IMG/VR virus record: IMGVR_UViG_3300031951_001175
Span: 1-24,197 of that record
Length of the DNA stretch: 24,197 nucleotides
Origin: a virus
Lineage: Duplodnaviria; Caudoviricetes
Strand: one strand, 5' to 3'
The notes beneath the pieces are model-generated. The model was not told where the DNA came from, did no database searches, and was given only the letters and a program-made list of their open reading frames with translations. The translations under genes were made by a program, and so were the position numbers. Below are positions 17,098 through 24,197 of this stretch, one piece after another; within the stretch, counting starts at the first letter, position 1; every line of letters starts with the position of its first letter.

Positions 17098-18834
17098 ATG
17101 GCACGCAATGGTTCTGGCACCTACGCCATTCCCAACACCTACTCGGACGGCCAGACCATCACGGCGGCCGTCGTCAACGCGAATTTCTCGGATATCGGCT
17201 CCGAGCTGACCAATTCCGTCGCGCGTGACGGCCAGACCAGCATGACCGGCCCGCTTAAAGCAGCGCCAGGGTCGGCGGCTGCGCCGTCGCTGACGTTCGC
17301 GGCTGACACTGACACCGGGTTTTTCCGCAAAGCGGCCAACGCGATCGGCATTGCGGTGGGTGGCTCCGAGGTCGCCTACATTGACGAATACGGCCTGTCC
17401 GATGCCACCACCGGCACGACGGTTATCAACGTGTTGCGCTACATCCCGACAAGCGAGCACGCGGCCATTGAGGCTTACACCTCCACCACCAACGTGGCTA
17501 CGTACATTCAAGCCGCGATTGACGCCGCAGCGACTGCCCCGCGCGGCGTGGTGTTCCTCCCAGCAGGCCGATATCGCTGCACCGCCGACCTGACCGTTCC
17601 ATGCGGCGACCCTGCCGGATGGCGCGGCGCTGTGGATCTGGTCGGCCAAGGCATGCTTGGCAACACGGAAATCGAACTGTCCGGCGCGTCGATCGTCAAC
17701 GGGGTCTACTTCAACGGCTCCAACTATTCCAAGGCCGGCGCGATTCGCAACTTGGCGATCATCGGCGCCAATAGCGCAGTGCGCGGGGTGACGTTTTCCA
17801 ATTGCGCGCAACCGCTGTTGGAGCGCGTGCTGGTCTGGGGCTTTGTCGGCCACGGTCTCAAGATCCAGTCTTGCGTTATGCCGACGATCCATTCAGCGCT
17901 GATCTATTCGTGCGGCACTGCCAGCCTTGCACAGGTGCTTGTCACGGGCGACGGCGGCTCGCTCACGACCACGACCCACTCGTTCACCGCGCTCTATCTC
18001 GGCGGCGGTCGCAGCGGGTGCAAGGCTTCGCTCGAGTTCCGGCAGGCACAAAACGGCGTGATGAACGGCGGGGCCATCGAAAGCGCCGGCGTTTCGATCA
18101 TGATCGACAACGATGCCACGTTCGACGGGGACTATTCAACCGACCTGGCGTTCGTTGGGGTCAGCATGGAGAACCCAGCGACGCACTTCATTGACATCGG
18201 CTACGGCAACAGCAGCGTGGCCAGCGGGACGCGGCAGATTTATTTTTTGAACTGCTCCGGGACGACCAGCAGCAGCACCACGGTCGCCTATTTCGCCAAG
18301 ATCAAAAACTCGATCGGCGTCACCTTCAACAACTCGGCCGGCGGGCTGTCGAGCGGCGCGGAGGTGGCCTATTTTGAGCTTGAAGGCACGTGCCAGGGAA
18401 TAGAGATCACGCCTAACCGGGCATCCTACGGCACAATCCCGTGGGTGCGCGAGGGCGGCACGCAGCGCAACGACGCCACGCCGCTTGCGTACTGGTACAG
18501 CGATCACATGAACTATCTGGAAGTCAAAGACCCTACGTCCAAATCCGGGACCAGCATTGATTGTCGCATCTCGGCGCAGGGAGGCATTCTGAAGTTCATC
18601 ACGCTCGACAACGCGAGCGCCACCGATCTCGACACGATCACGGGCGGGATGGCCTACGCAGAAATCATCCTATTCAGCATCGGCGCCGGCACGACCACGT
18701 TGAAGCATTCGGCGGCCAACACGGCGAACAAGATCAAGACGCTGACGGGCTCCGACATTGTGATGACAGGCGCCAAACAGTATCACCTGCGCTGGCGTCC
18801 TGATTTCCAAATGTTTTTCGTGCAGACGAGCTGA
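17098..18834 (+). CDS. Tailspike with pectate-lyase-like right-handed beta-helix
   Basis: N-terminal anchor MARNGSGTY...DGQTSMTGPL, PSLTF..DTDTGF, then IQAAIDAA...GVVFLPAGRY and beta-helix-type repeats. Confidence 0.85.
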   Translation: MARNGSGTYAIPNTYSDGQTITAAVVNANFSDIGSELTNSVARDGQTSMTGPLKAAPGSAAAPSLTFAADTDTGFFRKAANAIGIAVGGSEVAYIDEYGLSDATTGTTVINVLRYIPTSEHAAIEAYTSTTNVATYIQAAIDAAATAPRGVVFLPAGRYRCTADLTVPCGDPAGWRGAVDLVGQGMLGNTEIELSGASIVNGVYFNGSNYSKAGAIRNLAIIGANSAVRGVTFSNCAQPLLERVLVWGFVGHGLKIQSCVMPTIHSALIYSCGTASLAQVLVTGDGGSLTTTTHSFTALYLGGGRSGCKASLEFRQAQNGVMNGGAIESAGVSIMIDNDATFDGDYSTDLAFVGVSMENPATHFIDIGYGNSSVASGTRQIYFLNCSGTTSSSTTVAYFAKIKNSIGVTFNNSAGGLSSGAEVAYFELEGTCQGIEITPNRASYGTIPWVREGGTQRNDATPLAYWYSDHMNYLEVKDPTSKSGTSIDCRISAQGGILKFITLDNASATDLDTITGGMAYAEIILFSIGAGTTTLKHSAANTANKIKTLTGSDIVMTGAKQYHLRWRPDFQMFFVQTS

Positions 18835-18846
18835 AGGGGGGCCACC

Positions 18847-19389
18847 ATGCCACGCACCACCGGCACCTACGCCGCGCCGTCGTCGAGCTTCAACCCAGCG
18901 GTCGCCGGCACGAACATTGACGAAGCCGACTGGAACGCGCTGCTCGACGACGTGGAGGCGGCGCTCACCGAAAGCCTTTACACCTCGGGGCTTGGCGCGA
19001 CCGACAACCGGCTGGTGCGCACGGACGGAACCGACACGAAGAAAGTGCAGGGCTCCGGCATCACGGTCGATGACAATGCCGTCATGAGCGGCATCGGCGG
19101 GCTGGTCGGCTCGGTGCAAAGTCTGTCGGGGGCTGGTGCCATCAACCTCACGACGTTGACCACGACGCTCACCACCACGGGCGCCAACGCGCTTACGTTG
19201 GCCGATGGCGCAGTCGGCCAGATTAAGCACGTCGTCATGATTGCTGATGGCGGCGACGGGACGTTGACCCCGACGAACCTCGCCAACGGCACCACGCTGA
19301 CGTTCGCGGACGTGGGAGACGCTGTGACCCTGCAATTCCTCGGCACGAAGTGGTGGGTCATCAGCAACAACGGCGCGGTGCTCGCGTGA
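18847..19389 (+). CDS. Short tail fibre/spike protein with paralogous N-terminal anchor
   Basis: MPRTTGTY...WNALLDDVEAALTES resembles the tailspike N-terminus. TDNRLVRTDGT..K.VQ.S and LTLADG..GQIK...GDAVTL.F...W patterns. Confidence 0.7.
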   Translation: MPRTTGTYAAPSSSFNPAVAGTNIDEADWNALLDDVEAALTESLYTSGLGATDNRLVRTDGTDTKKVQGSGITVDDNAVMSGIGGLVGSVQSLSGAGAINLTTLTTTLTTTGANALTLADGAVGQIKHVVMIADGGDGTLTPTNLANGTTLTFADVGDAVTLQFLGTKWWVISNNGAVLA

Positions 19390-19709
19390 GCCAGTTAGCC
19401 AAAGCAGACGGCACGATCGTTGATCATGCCGCGCTGTTGCTCGAGCTCATCCCGCCGCACAAGCGGCACCACTTCACAACGGTGGAGGGGCGTGCCGCGC
19501 TCAACGGGTTGGCGTCCGGGTTGGCGGCGCCTGCCTACGATGACACGGCATTAAGAGCCCACGTGCAAGCCCTGGAACAGACGGTGCAGCATCTGGCGGC
19601 GCAGATCGCCCAAGTCATCGCGCACCTGAAGCAGCATGAGGCGGACTTGCTGTCCGTGCACCATGCCGTGACCCATCACACTCACGAGACCATCCGACAG
19701 GTGGCATAG
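19386..19709 (+). CDS. His-rich coiled-coil protein
   Basis: GTGA overlap with the upstream stop. YDDTALRAHVQALE followed by heptads and a terminal HHAVTHHTH. Confidence 0.65.
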   Translation: MSQLAKADGTIVDHAALLLELIPPHKRHHFTTVEGRAALNGLASGLAAPAYDDTALRAHVQALEQTVQHLAAQIAQVIAHLKQHEADLLSVHHAVTHHTHETIRQVA

Positions 19710-20900
19710 ATGGCAACGCTATCGCAAGGTCCGCAGCCGCAGTTTCGCAACATGCTCGCTGACGCGATTCGGAACCACACCCCGACGCTGGCGAACCGTC
19801 TCAACGATCCGACCAGCGGCGCTGGCCTTGCTGTTGATGCAGTCGGCGGGCTGGCCGACATGCTGATAGGTCAGCCATATCGCTCCATGGCCAACCTGTT
19901 GAGCCGGCCCTACGTGTCCGGCGACCCGCAGGCGGCAGAGGACGCGTTCAACGTCGCCGGGGCTGCGATGACAGGCGGATTGCTGGCGCCACGGCCGCGC
20001 AACAGCCTGGGGACGGGCGGGCGGCCGGAGGCGCCGAACCAGTCCGCTGGCATTCGCGCCTATCATGGATCACCCCACGACTTCGATCGCTTTGACATGA
20101 GCAAGATCGGCACGGGGGAAGGCGCGCAGGCGTATGGGCATGGGCTTTATTTTGCGGAAAGCGAAGGCGTAGCGAAAAGCTACCGAGACAAGCTGACGCC
20201 AGCAGCGGGCAACGACACGGCACATGCGGCGTCGGTTGCGGTCAAGGGATACGGCGAACAAGCGGCCTTGGCGCAGGCGGAAAGCGCATATCGGCAAGCC
20301 GTTGCGTCGGGGGATGCGGCGGAAGCGCAGCGATTGGCTGGCGTGGTCGATCACATCCGCAATGGAACCTACAAAACAGCCGGCCGCATGTACGAGGTGA
20401 ACATCCGCGCCAACCCCGACGACTTCCTCGACTGGGATGCGCCACTCAGCCGGCAGAGCGAGAAAGTGCGGACGGCTGTCGAGCCGGTCGTGCGCCAGGA
20501 AGCAGCAATCGAATTGGAACGGAGGGCGGCGCAAGGTCGAATGGCAGACATGCGAATCCGAGAAATGGGCGTTGAGCCGAAGCCGCGCCCCGCGCCTCCG
20601 TCACGTGACGATATGGTTCGTAACTTTACCCCGGATCTGTTCGCGAAGGGTCGAGAGGACGAACTGAGAAGGCTTGGAATCCCCGGCATTCGCTACCTCG
20701 ACCAGGGCTCCCGTGGGGCTGGCGAAGGCTCCCGCAACTACGTCGTTTTTGACGACAACTTGATAGAGATTCTGCGCAAGTACGGGCTCGCCGGCCTGAT
20801 GGCGGGCGGTGCGGCAACCGGCATGGTCCCGCAGGCTCCGAGTCAGCCAAACCAGCTCGCCCAAGACTGGACCCGCAACCTCCGGCCGGGGGATATCTGA
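19710..20900 (+). CDS. ADP-ribosyltransferase-like protein (ART-PolyVal-type domain)
   Basis: AYHGSPHDFDRFD..KIGTGEG...YGHGLYFAE, MYEVNI, GIPGIRY and NYVVFD are the strand motifs of ART domains in phage polyvalent proteins. Confidence 0.75.
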   Translation: MATLSQGPQPQFRNMLADAIRNHTPTLANRLNDPTSGAGLAVDAVGGLADMLIGQPYRSMANLLSRPYVSGDPQAAEDAFNVAGAAMTGGLLAPRPRNSLGTGGRPEAPNQSAGIRAYHGSPHDFDRFDMSKIGTGEGAQAYGHGLYFAESEGVAKSYRDKLTPAAGNDTAHAASVAVKGYGEQAALAQAESAYRQAVASGDAAEAQRLAGVVDHIRNGTYKTAGRMYEVNIRANPDDFLDWDAPLSRQSEKVRTAVEPVVRQEAAIELERRAAQGRMADMRIREMGVEPKPRPAPPSRDDMVRNFTPDLFAKGREDELRRLGIPGIRYLDQGSRGAGEGSRNYVVFDDNLIEILRKYGLAGLMAGGAATGMVPQAPSQPNQLAQDWTRNLRPGDI

Positions 20901-21595
20901 TGAGCCTATCCCCCCGCTCGCTCGCCGCGCTCGACGGCGTGCACCCGGCGCTCGAACGGCTGGTGCGTGCCGTTGCCGAGCGCGCGCCGCCGTTCCTCAT
21001 CACCGAGGGCCGCCGATCACGCGAGCGCCAGGCGCAGCTGGTGAAGGCCAAGAAGTCGAAAACGATGAACAGCCGGCACATCACCGGCCACGCGATCGAC
21101 TTCGTGGCTGTGATCGACGGCGGCCGGATCTCCTACGACAACGCGCACATGCGGCCCATAGCCGATGCCTTCCGCGATGTGGCGGCCGAGATGGGCATCA
21201 AGATCACGCGCGGCATAGATTGGGGCTGGGATTCGCCGCACATTGAGCTTGACAGGGCAGCGTACCCGGCCGGGGCTCAGCCCGCAATGGCCGAAGCCCT
21301 TCCCCCATCCACGCCCGAAGCCCTTCCAGCATCAGCGCCAAACCCGCTCCCGAAGTCCGGAACCGTGTGGGGCACGATGGCCGGAGCGCTCGCCGGAGTG
21401 GCTGCCTACGTCCACGAGACGCTGGCCGGGCTGTTGGAGTGGTCCGCCAAGCTAACGGAGATGGCCCCCGTACAGGCCGCGCTCGCGTCGGCCGGCGGCA
21501 ACGTCAAATCGATCACCCTAGGCCTTGGCATCGGGGCTGCGGTCTACGTCGTGAGCCGGCGCGTCAAGGCGAGCCAGGAGGGCAAACCCGGATGA
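20900..21595 (+). CDS. Endolysin, peptidase M15 (L-Ala-D-Glu type) with C-terminal membrane segments
   Basis: LDGVHP.L, ITEG.R..ERQ, SRHITGHAIDF and WDSPHIEL zinc-peptidase motifs; hydrophobic C-terminus. Confidence 0.9.
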   Translation: MSLSPRSLAALDGVHPALERLVRAVAERAPPFLITEGRRSRERQAQLVKAKKSKTMNSRHITGHAIDFVAVIDGGRISYDNAHMRPIADAFRDVAAEMGIKITRGIDWGWDSPHIELDRAAYPAGAQPAMAEALPPSTPEALPASAPNPLPKSGTVWGTMAGALAGVAAYVHETLAGLLEWSAKLTEMAPVQAALASAGGNVKSITLGLGIGAAVYVVSRRVKASQEGKPG

Positions 21596-21846
21596 CCTGG
21601 CTTGCGCAATTTTTCGCCGCCCGTGGGCTCGTGGTCTCGCTCATCGCGGGCCTTGGTATCATGGTGGTGACATGGGACCATCGGCGTATGAGTGCGGCCA
21701 AAGAGGCCGGGAGACAGGAGGTGCGCGTCGAAGCGGAGACAAAGGGACGTGAGAACGCAAAAAAGGCCGACGCTGCTCGCCGCGATGTTGAGCGCATCCC
21801 TGCTGACAGGCTGCGGGACAGGTTCTGTCGGGACTGTGATCGATAG
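21592..21846 (+). CDS. Inner-membrane spanin (Rz-like)
   Basis: ATGA overlap and GGAGG RBS. N-terminal TM, charged helix, ending RLRDRFCRD. Confidence 0.75.
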   Translation: MTWLAQFFAARGLVVSLIAGLGIMVVTWDHRRMSAAKEAGRQEVRVEAETKGRENAKKADAARRDVERIPADRLRDRFCRDCDR

Positions 21847-21988
21847 CTCGTGCTCGAGCTTCAAGCCGATCTCAATGTCGAAGCTCGACACCACCGAGAC
21901 CAAGCGCCAGATCGTCGGCCACAACCGCGCATTCGAGGCCGTGTGTGGGGCTGGGGGGGCGCCTCAGAAAGTGGCGCTTGCACCATGA
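21749..21988 (+). CDS. Outer-membrane lipoprotein spanin (Rz1-like)
   Basis: Overlaps Rz in the +1 frame. Probable GTG start at 21749, signal peptide ending in lipobox LTGC, then C..FKPI..S..DT.ET.RQI..HN....C. Confidence 0.8.
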   Translation: MRTQKRPTLLAAMLSASLLTGCGTGSVGTVIDSSCSSFKPISMSKLDTTETKRQIVGHNRAFEAVCGAGGAPQKVALAP

Positions 21989-22270
21989 ATGAGCCAGCTC
22001 AGCGACTATATCAGTGGCCAGACGCAGCAGAGGCTGCACTCGATCGAATCCGCGCAGAGCAGCGCGCTCGTCAAGATCGATCGCGTCGAGATCAAGCAGG
22101 ACGAGATATCCGACAAGATCGACGAGCTGACGGTCAAAGTCGATTCGGCCTTGACGTGGGCGCAACGGCTCGTCCTGCTTGGGCTGGCGATCTCGGGGGC
22201 ATTCGGCCTCAACTACAGCCCGGACAAATTGGGGGAAGCCCTGGCAGCCGCCGTCAAGGCGCTAAAATGA
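21989..22270 (+). CDS. Holin-like protein (coiled coil plus single TM)
   Basis: 93 aa in the lysis cluster; N-terminal coiled coil and hydrophobic LVLLGLAISGAFGL. Confidence 0.55.
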   Translation: MSQLSDYISGQTQQRLHSIESAQSSALVKIDRVEIKQDEISDKIDELTVKVDSALTWAQRLVLLGLAISGAFGLNYSPDKLGEALAAAVKALK

Positions 22271-22365
22271 GCAAGCGGCTGTGCCATTGGCTGCTCGCCT
22301 GCGCTTTGCTGGCCATCTGCTTCGGGCTGGGCCAGACGCTCTGGTGGTTCTGGGTAGCATTGTAG
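22267..22365 (+). CDS. 32-aa hydrophobic peptide
   Basis: ATGA-coupled to the holin candidate; MSKRLCHWLLACALLAICFGLGQTLWWFWVAL. Confidence 0.45.
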   Translation: MSKRLCHWLLACALLAICFGLGQTLWWFWVAL

Positions 22366-22411
22366 TCTCGCCCGCACCGCGTGGTGGGTGGTCATGCACC
22401 TGTAGCGGCCT

Positions 22412-22648
22412 TCATCCACTCTTGCGGATTGGCTGCATCAGATCGCAGCGAGTGAGCGCCTGCCGCGCCGCTTCGTGACATGCATCGATGTCGCCAAGCT
22501 CTGCCGCTTCCATGATCGTGCGCAGTGTGCGGCCAAGCTCGGCTAGGTCATCCACGGCCATCGACATGACGTTCAGCGCTTGCGCGCTAGAACCTGCCAG
22601 CACGGCTGCCGGCACCGTCTTGTCCCAATCTTCTGGCTTGCGGTGCAT
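22412..22648 (-). CDS. Small hypothetical protein
   Basis: GAGAGGA RBS-like sequence upstream; helical 78-aa product; follows the ORF ending at 22672 on the same strand. Confidence 0.6.
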   Translation of the reverse strand: MHRKPEDWDKTVPAAVLAGSSAQALNVMSMAVDDLAELGRTLRTIMEAAELGDIDACHEAARQALTRCDLMQPIRKSG

Positions 22649-22671
22649 CGGCCTTCATCCTCTCGCTGGTG

Positions 22672-22890
22672 TCAATCGCCGTCGCGGCTCATGATCTCGA
22701 CAATGACATCGCCCTTAACTGACGCGTCGTAGCGCTGCCACCGGCCGAAGTCGGCGGGAAGATCGGCCGCAGCAATTTCGCGGCGGTCGAGGCTAAACGC
22801 ACCGGGGATATCATCTGCGTCGCGGGCTGTCGAAACAGCGATCCGGCGGTGTCCGTCGACGGTGGCGTCGTAGTAGCGTGTCGTATCCAT
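22672..22890 (-). CDS. Small acidic hypothetical protein
   Basis: Better start at ATG 22890 (MDTTRYY) after a GGGAGAG RBS; downstream of a TTGACC-N17-CAATGT promoter candidate. Confidence 0.65.
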   Translation of the reverse strand: MDTTRYYDATVDGHRRIAVSTARDADDIPGAFSLDRREIAAADLPADFGRWQRYDASVKGDVIVEIMSRDGD

Positions 22891-22917
22891 CGTCTGCTCT
22901 CCCGTGTCTGATGTTGT

Positions 22918-22973
22918 GGACATTGCCACCGATTTGCGTTGCGGTCAAATGAAATCAGTGCTACATAAAAATT
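22918..22973. promoter_or_regulatory. Overlapping divergent promoters
   Basis: Plus strand: TTGCGG(22939)-N17-TACATA(22962), with the ATG 6 nt later (leaderless). Minus strand: TTGACC-N17-CAATGT. Confidence 0.55.
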
Positions 22974-23594
22974 ATGCACAAGCCGAAGCCTCCAACGACT
23001 GTCTCTTGGGTCCGCCACGTCGGCCGGACCAGTGATGATGCGCAGGTTGCCGCGCACCTAGCCCATGGGGTGCCTGCGAACATGATTGTCGTGGACGGGC
23101 GCCGCGTCGGCCAGCGCAAGCCGGAGGATTGGGGCTACCTGTTGCGCAAGCTACGGCCCGGCGACGAGCTGACCGTGACCACGCTGCGCACTCTCATCAT
23201 GCCCCGGCCACGGGAGACGCCGCACCATGCTCTGGTTCGCGCTTTGCAGGAGGTCGAGACGGCGGGCGCTGTGCATGTCGTCGAGATCAGCACCGGCCGG
23301 CGCACATCTCTGCCGCGCGACCGTGATACGATGATCGCGGATGCTGTAGCCGCGCACCGCCGTGGCGACGTGGGGCGCCCGCCGCAGGGCTGGGCAGAGG
23401 CCGGGCGGGAAATAATCGAGCGGCATTGGCACTCGACACGGCACGAGACCAACGCCGCCGCGCTGGCGGCGATACGCGAGGACGCGCGAGCGGCGGGACT
23501 GACAGAGCTTGCGCGGGTCAGACATCCGCAGGCGATCGGAAACCGCTTCGGGCCGAGCGGCCGGGCGGGCAAATCGAAGTCAAAGAAACGGTAG
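22974..23594 (+). CDS. Serine recombinase (resolvase)-like protein lacking the catalytic serine
   Basis: Follows the resolvase pattern (Q..A....G...I.VD; LL..LRPGD.L.V..L..L; GRP before a helical C-terminus), but Y-x-R-V-S reads WVRHV and LDRL reads LRTL. Confidence 0.65.
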   Translation: MHKPKPPTTVSWVRHVGRTSDDAQVAAHLAHGVPANMIVVDGRRVGQRKPEDWGYLLRKLRPGDELTVTTLRTLIMPRPRETPHHALVRALQEVETAGAVHVVEISTGRRTSLPRDRDTMIADAVAAHRRGDVGRPPQGWAEAGREIIERHWHSTRHETNAAALAAIREDARAAGLTELARVRHPQAIGNRFGPSGRAGKSKSKKR

Positions 23595-23619
23595 GAGGCC
23601 ACCGGTTCAGCGCGACGAT

Positions 23620-23847
23620 CTGTTGGCCGTACCGTTGGCAACTCCGACACTGCGACTAAGCGACAGGGTCGAAAGTGTAAGAATTTTAGTTGGTTAGTTG
23701 GTCGGAGCGGCGAGATTCGAACTCGCGACCCCTTGCTCCCGAAGCAAGCACGCCGGGTCGCAAACCGCGATGTTCCGGGCTTTTTGAGGCACTTGACGCC
23801 AACAGAACCCGGCTCGATTCGGCTCAATCGTTGGCAATCGTTGGCCG
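23620..23847. repeat. Five YGTTGGC repeats flanking the att core (candidate integrase arm-type sites)
   Basis: CTGTTGGCCG 23620, CCGTTGGCAA 23632, inverted CGCCAACAG 23797, TCGTTGGCAA 23828, TCGTTGGCCG 23838. Confidence 0.7.
23699..23748 (-). other. att core: 3' fragment of tRNA-Pro(CGG)
   Basis: Minus strand reads CTTGC-TTCGGGA-GCAAG GGGTC GCGAG-TTCGAAT-CTCGC CGCTCCG A CCA (anticodon arm, T arm, 3' acceptor strand). There is no proper D arm or matching 5' acceptor strand. Confidence 0.9.
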
Positions 23848-24197
23848 CCTCATCATCTGGGCCAAGTCGTCGTCCGTGTCGCCCGGCTCCAGCATTTCGC
23901 AGCCGATCGCCTCCATCTGGTCTATGCCGTAGGGGTAGCCGCGACATACTTTCGGCCGTGTGTCGTAGATCGTGCACGTGTAGCGATCTGTTCCGCGGAT
24001 CTTCCGCACGAACGGGCATTGCTTGACCTCGTTGCCTGACTTCGTGAACCATGCGTCAGCCCACGGGTCAGCTTTGGTCAGGCCCATGACCTCAATGCGG
24101 GCCAGGATGTCGGTTCGACCCTGACGGCGCCACCGTTTCACGTCCACACCGTCGATCTGAAGCGTGTTCATGTACATGCTGTCTTTGCAGCACTTGC
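23824..24197 (-). CDS. YkgJ-family (CxxCxxCC) cysteine-cluster protein, 5'-truncated
   Basis: The frame is open to the window edge (..KCCKDSMY). CPF, CTIYDTRPKVCRGYP motifs. Confidence 0.85.
   Translation of the reverse strand, partial: KCCKDSMYMNTLQIDGVDVKRWRRQGRTDILARIEVMGLTKADPWADAWFTKSGNEVKQCPFVRKIRGTDRYTCTIYDTRPKVCRGYPYGIDQMEAIGCEMLEPGDTDDDLAQMMRRPTIAND

Larger units (their letters stand above)
1..23748. mobile_element. Temperate phage (podovirus-type morphogenesis and lysis modules), left end outside the window
   Basis: Co-oriented, translationally coupled run of terminase, portal, scaffold, capsid, tail adaptor/nozzle, ejection, tailspike and lysis genes. No tape-measure, tube or sheath gene is seen. 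A tRNA-Pro 3' fragment (att core) lies at 23699-23748. Confidence 0.95.

Noticed and set aside
661-19389. RcGTA-like gene transfer agent
   Set aside because: There is no prohead protease, tail tube or tape measure. The gene set is podovirus-type and an att site is present.
21759-21765. A_AAA_AAG slippery heptamer in Rz, suggesting an Rz-Rz1 fusion
   Set aside because: A -1 shift reaches a stop within about 8 codons, and Rz1 is in the +1 frame, so no fusion results.
21850-22266. Long N-terminal extension of ORF 21850..22365
   Set aside because: It overlaps Rz1 and the holin candidate in other frames. Only the ATGA-coupled last 32 codons are plausible.
23699-23777. Full-length functional tRNA-Pro
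   Set aside because: The upstream CGGAACA pairs with the 3' acceptor strand with two mismatches, and there is no canonical D arm or GG. It is treated as an att fragment.
23135-24052. 305-aa minus-strand ORF
   Set aside because: It reads through the tRNA fragment (GSKGSRVRISPLRP is translated tRNA) and overlaps better-supported genes; a shadow ORF.
1-24197. CRISPR array, diversity-generating retroelement or retron
   Set aside because: By eye I found no regularly spaced repeat-spacer array, no reverse transcriptase motif and no TR/VR-like duplicated segment near the tail genes.

Overview
The window is the late (morphogenesis and lysis) half of a temperate, short-tailed (podovirus-type) phage. 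The host is probably a GC-rich alphaproteobacterium (inference). Gene order on the + strand: a 5'-truncated membrane protein, TerS, TerL, portal, small ORFs, a lectin-like structural protein, scaffold, major capsid, decoration protein, adaptor and nozzle (tubular A/B-type), a GNAT, three internal virion/ejection proteins, a beta-helix tailspike, a second fibre with a paralogous anchor, a His-tipped coiled coil, a stand-alone ART-PolyVal-like ADP-ribosyltransferase, then M15 endolysin, Rz/Rz1 and a holin candidate. The right end carries a serine-recombinase-like gene lacking the catalytic Ser, a 3' fragment of tRNA-Pro(CGG) with arm-type repeats on both sides (attP-like), and a truncated YkgJ-type gene. 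The most unusual element is a minus-strand moron (16939-15974) encoding a multi-pass membrane protein with a C-terminal winged HTH. Its 5' end has the architecture of a SymR-like cis-antisense RNA, suggesting an undescribed type I TA-like module. Its promoter region shares motifs with the divergent promoter of the inactive recombinase. All family calls come from motif recognition by eye; no database searches were run.
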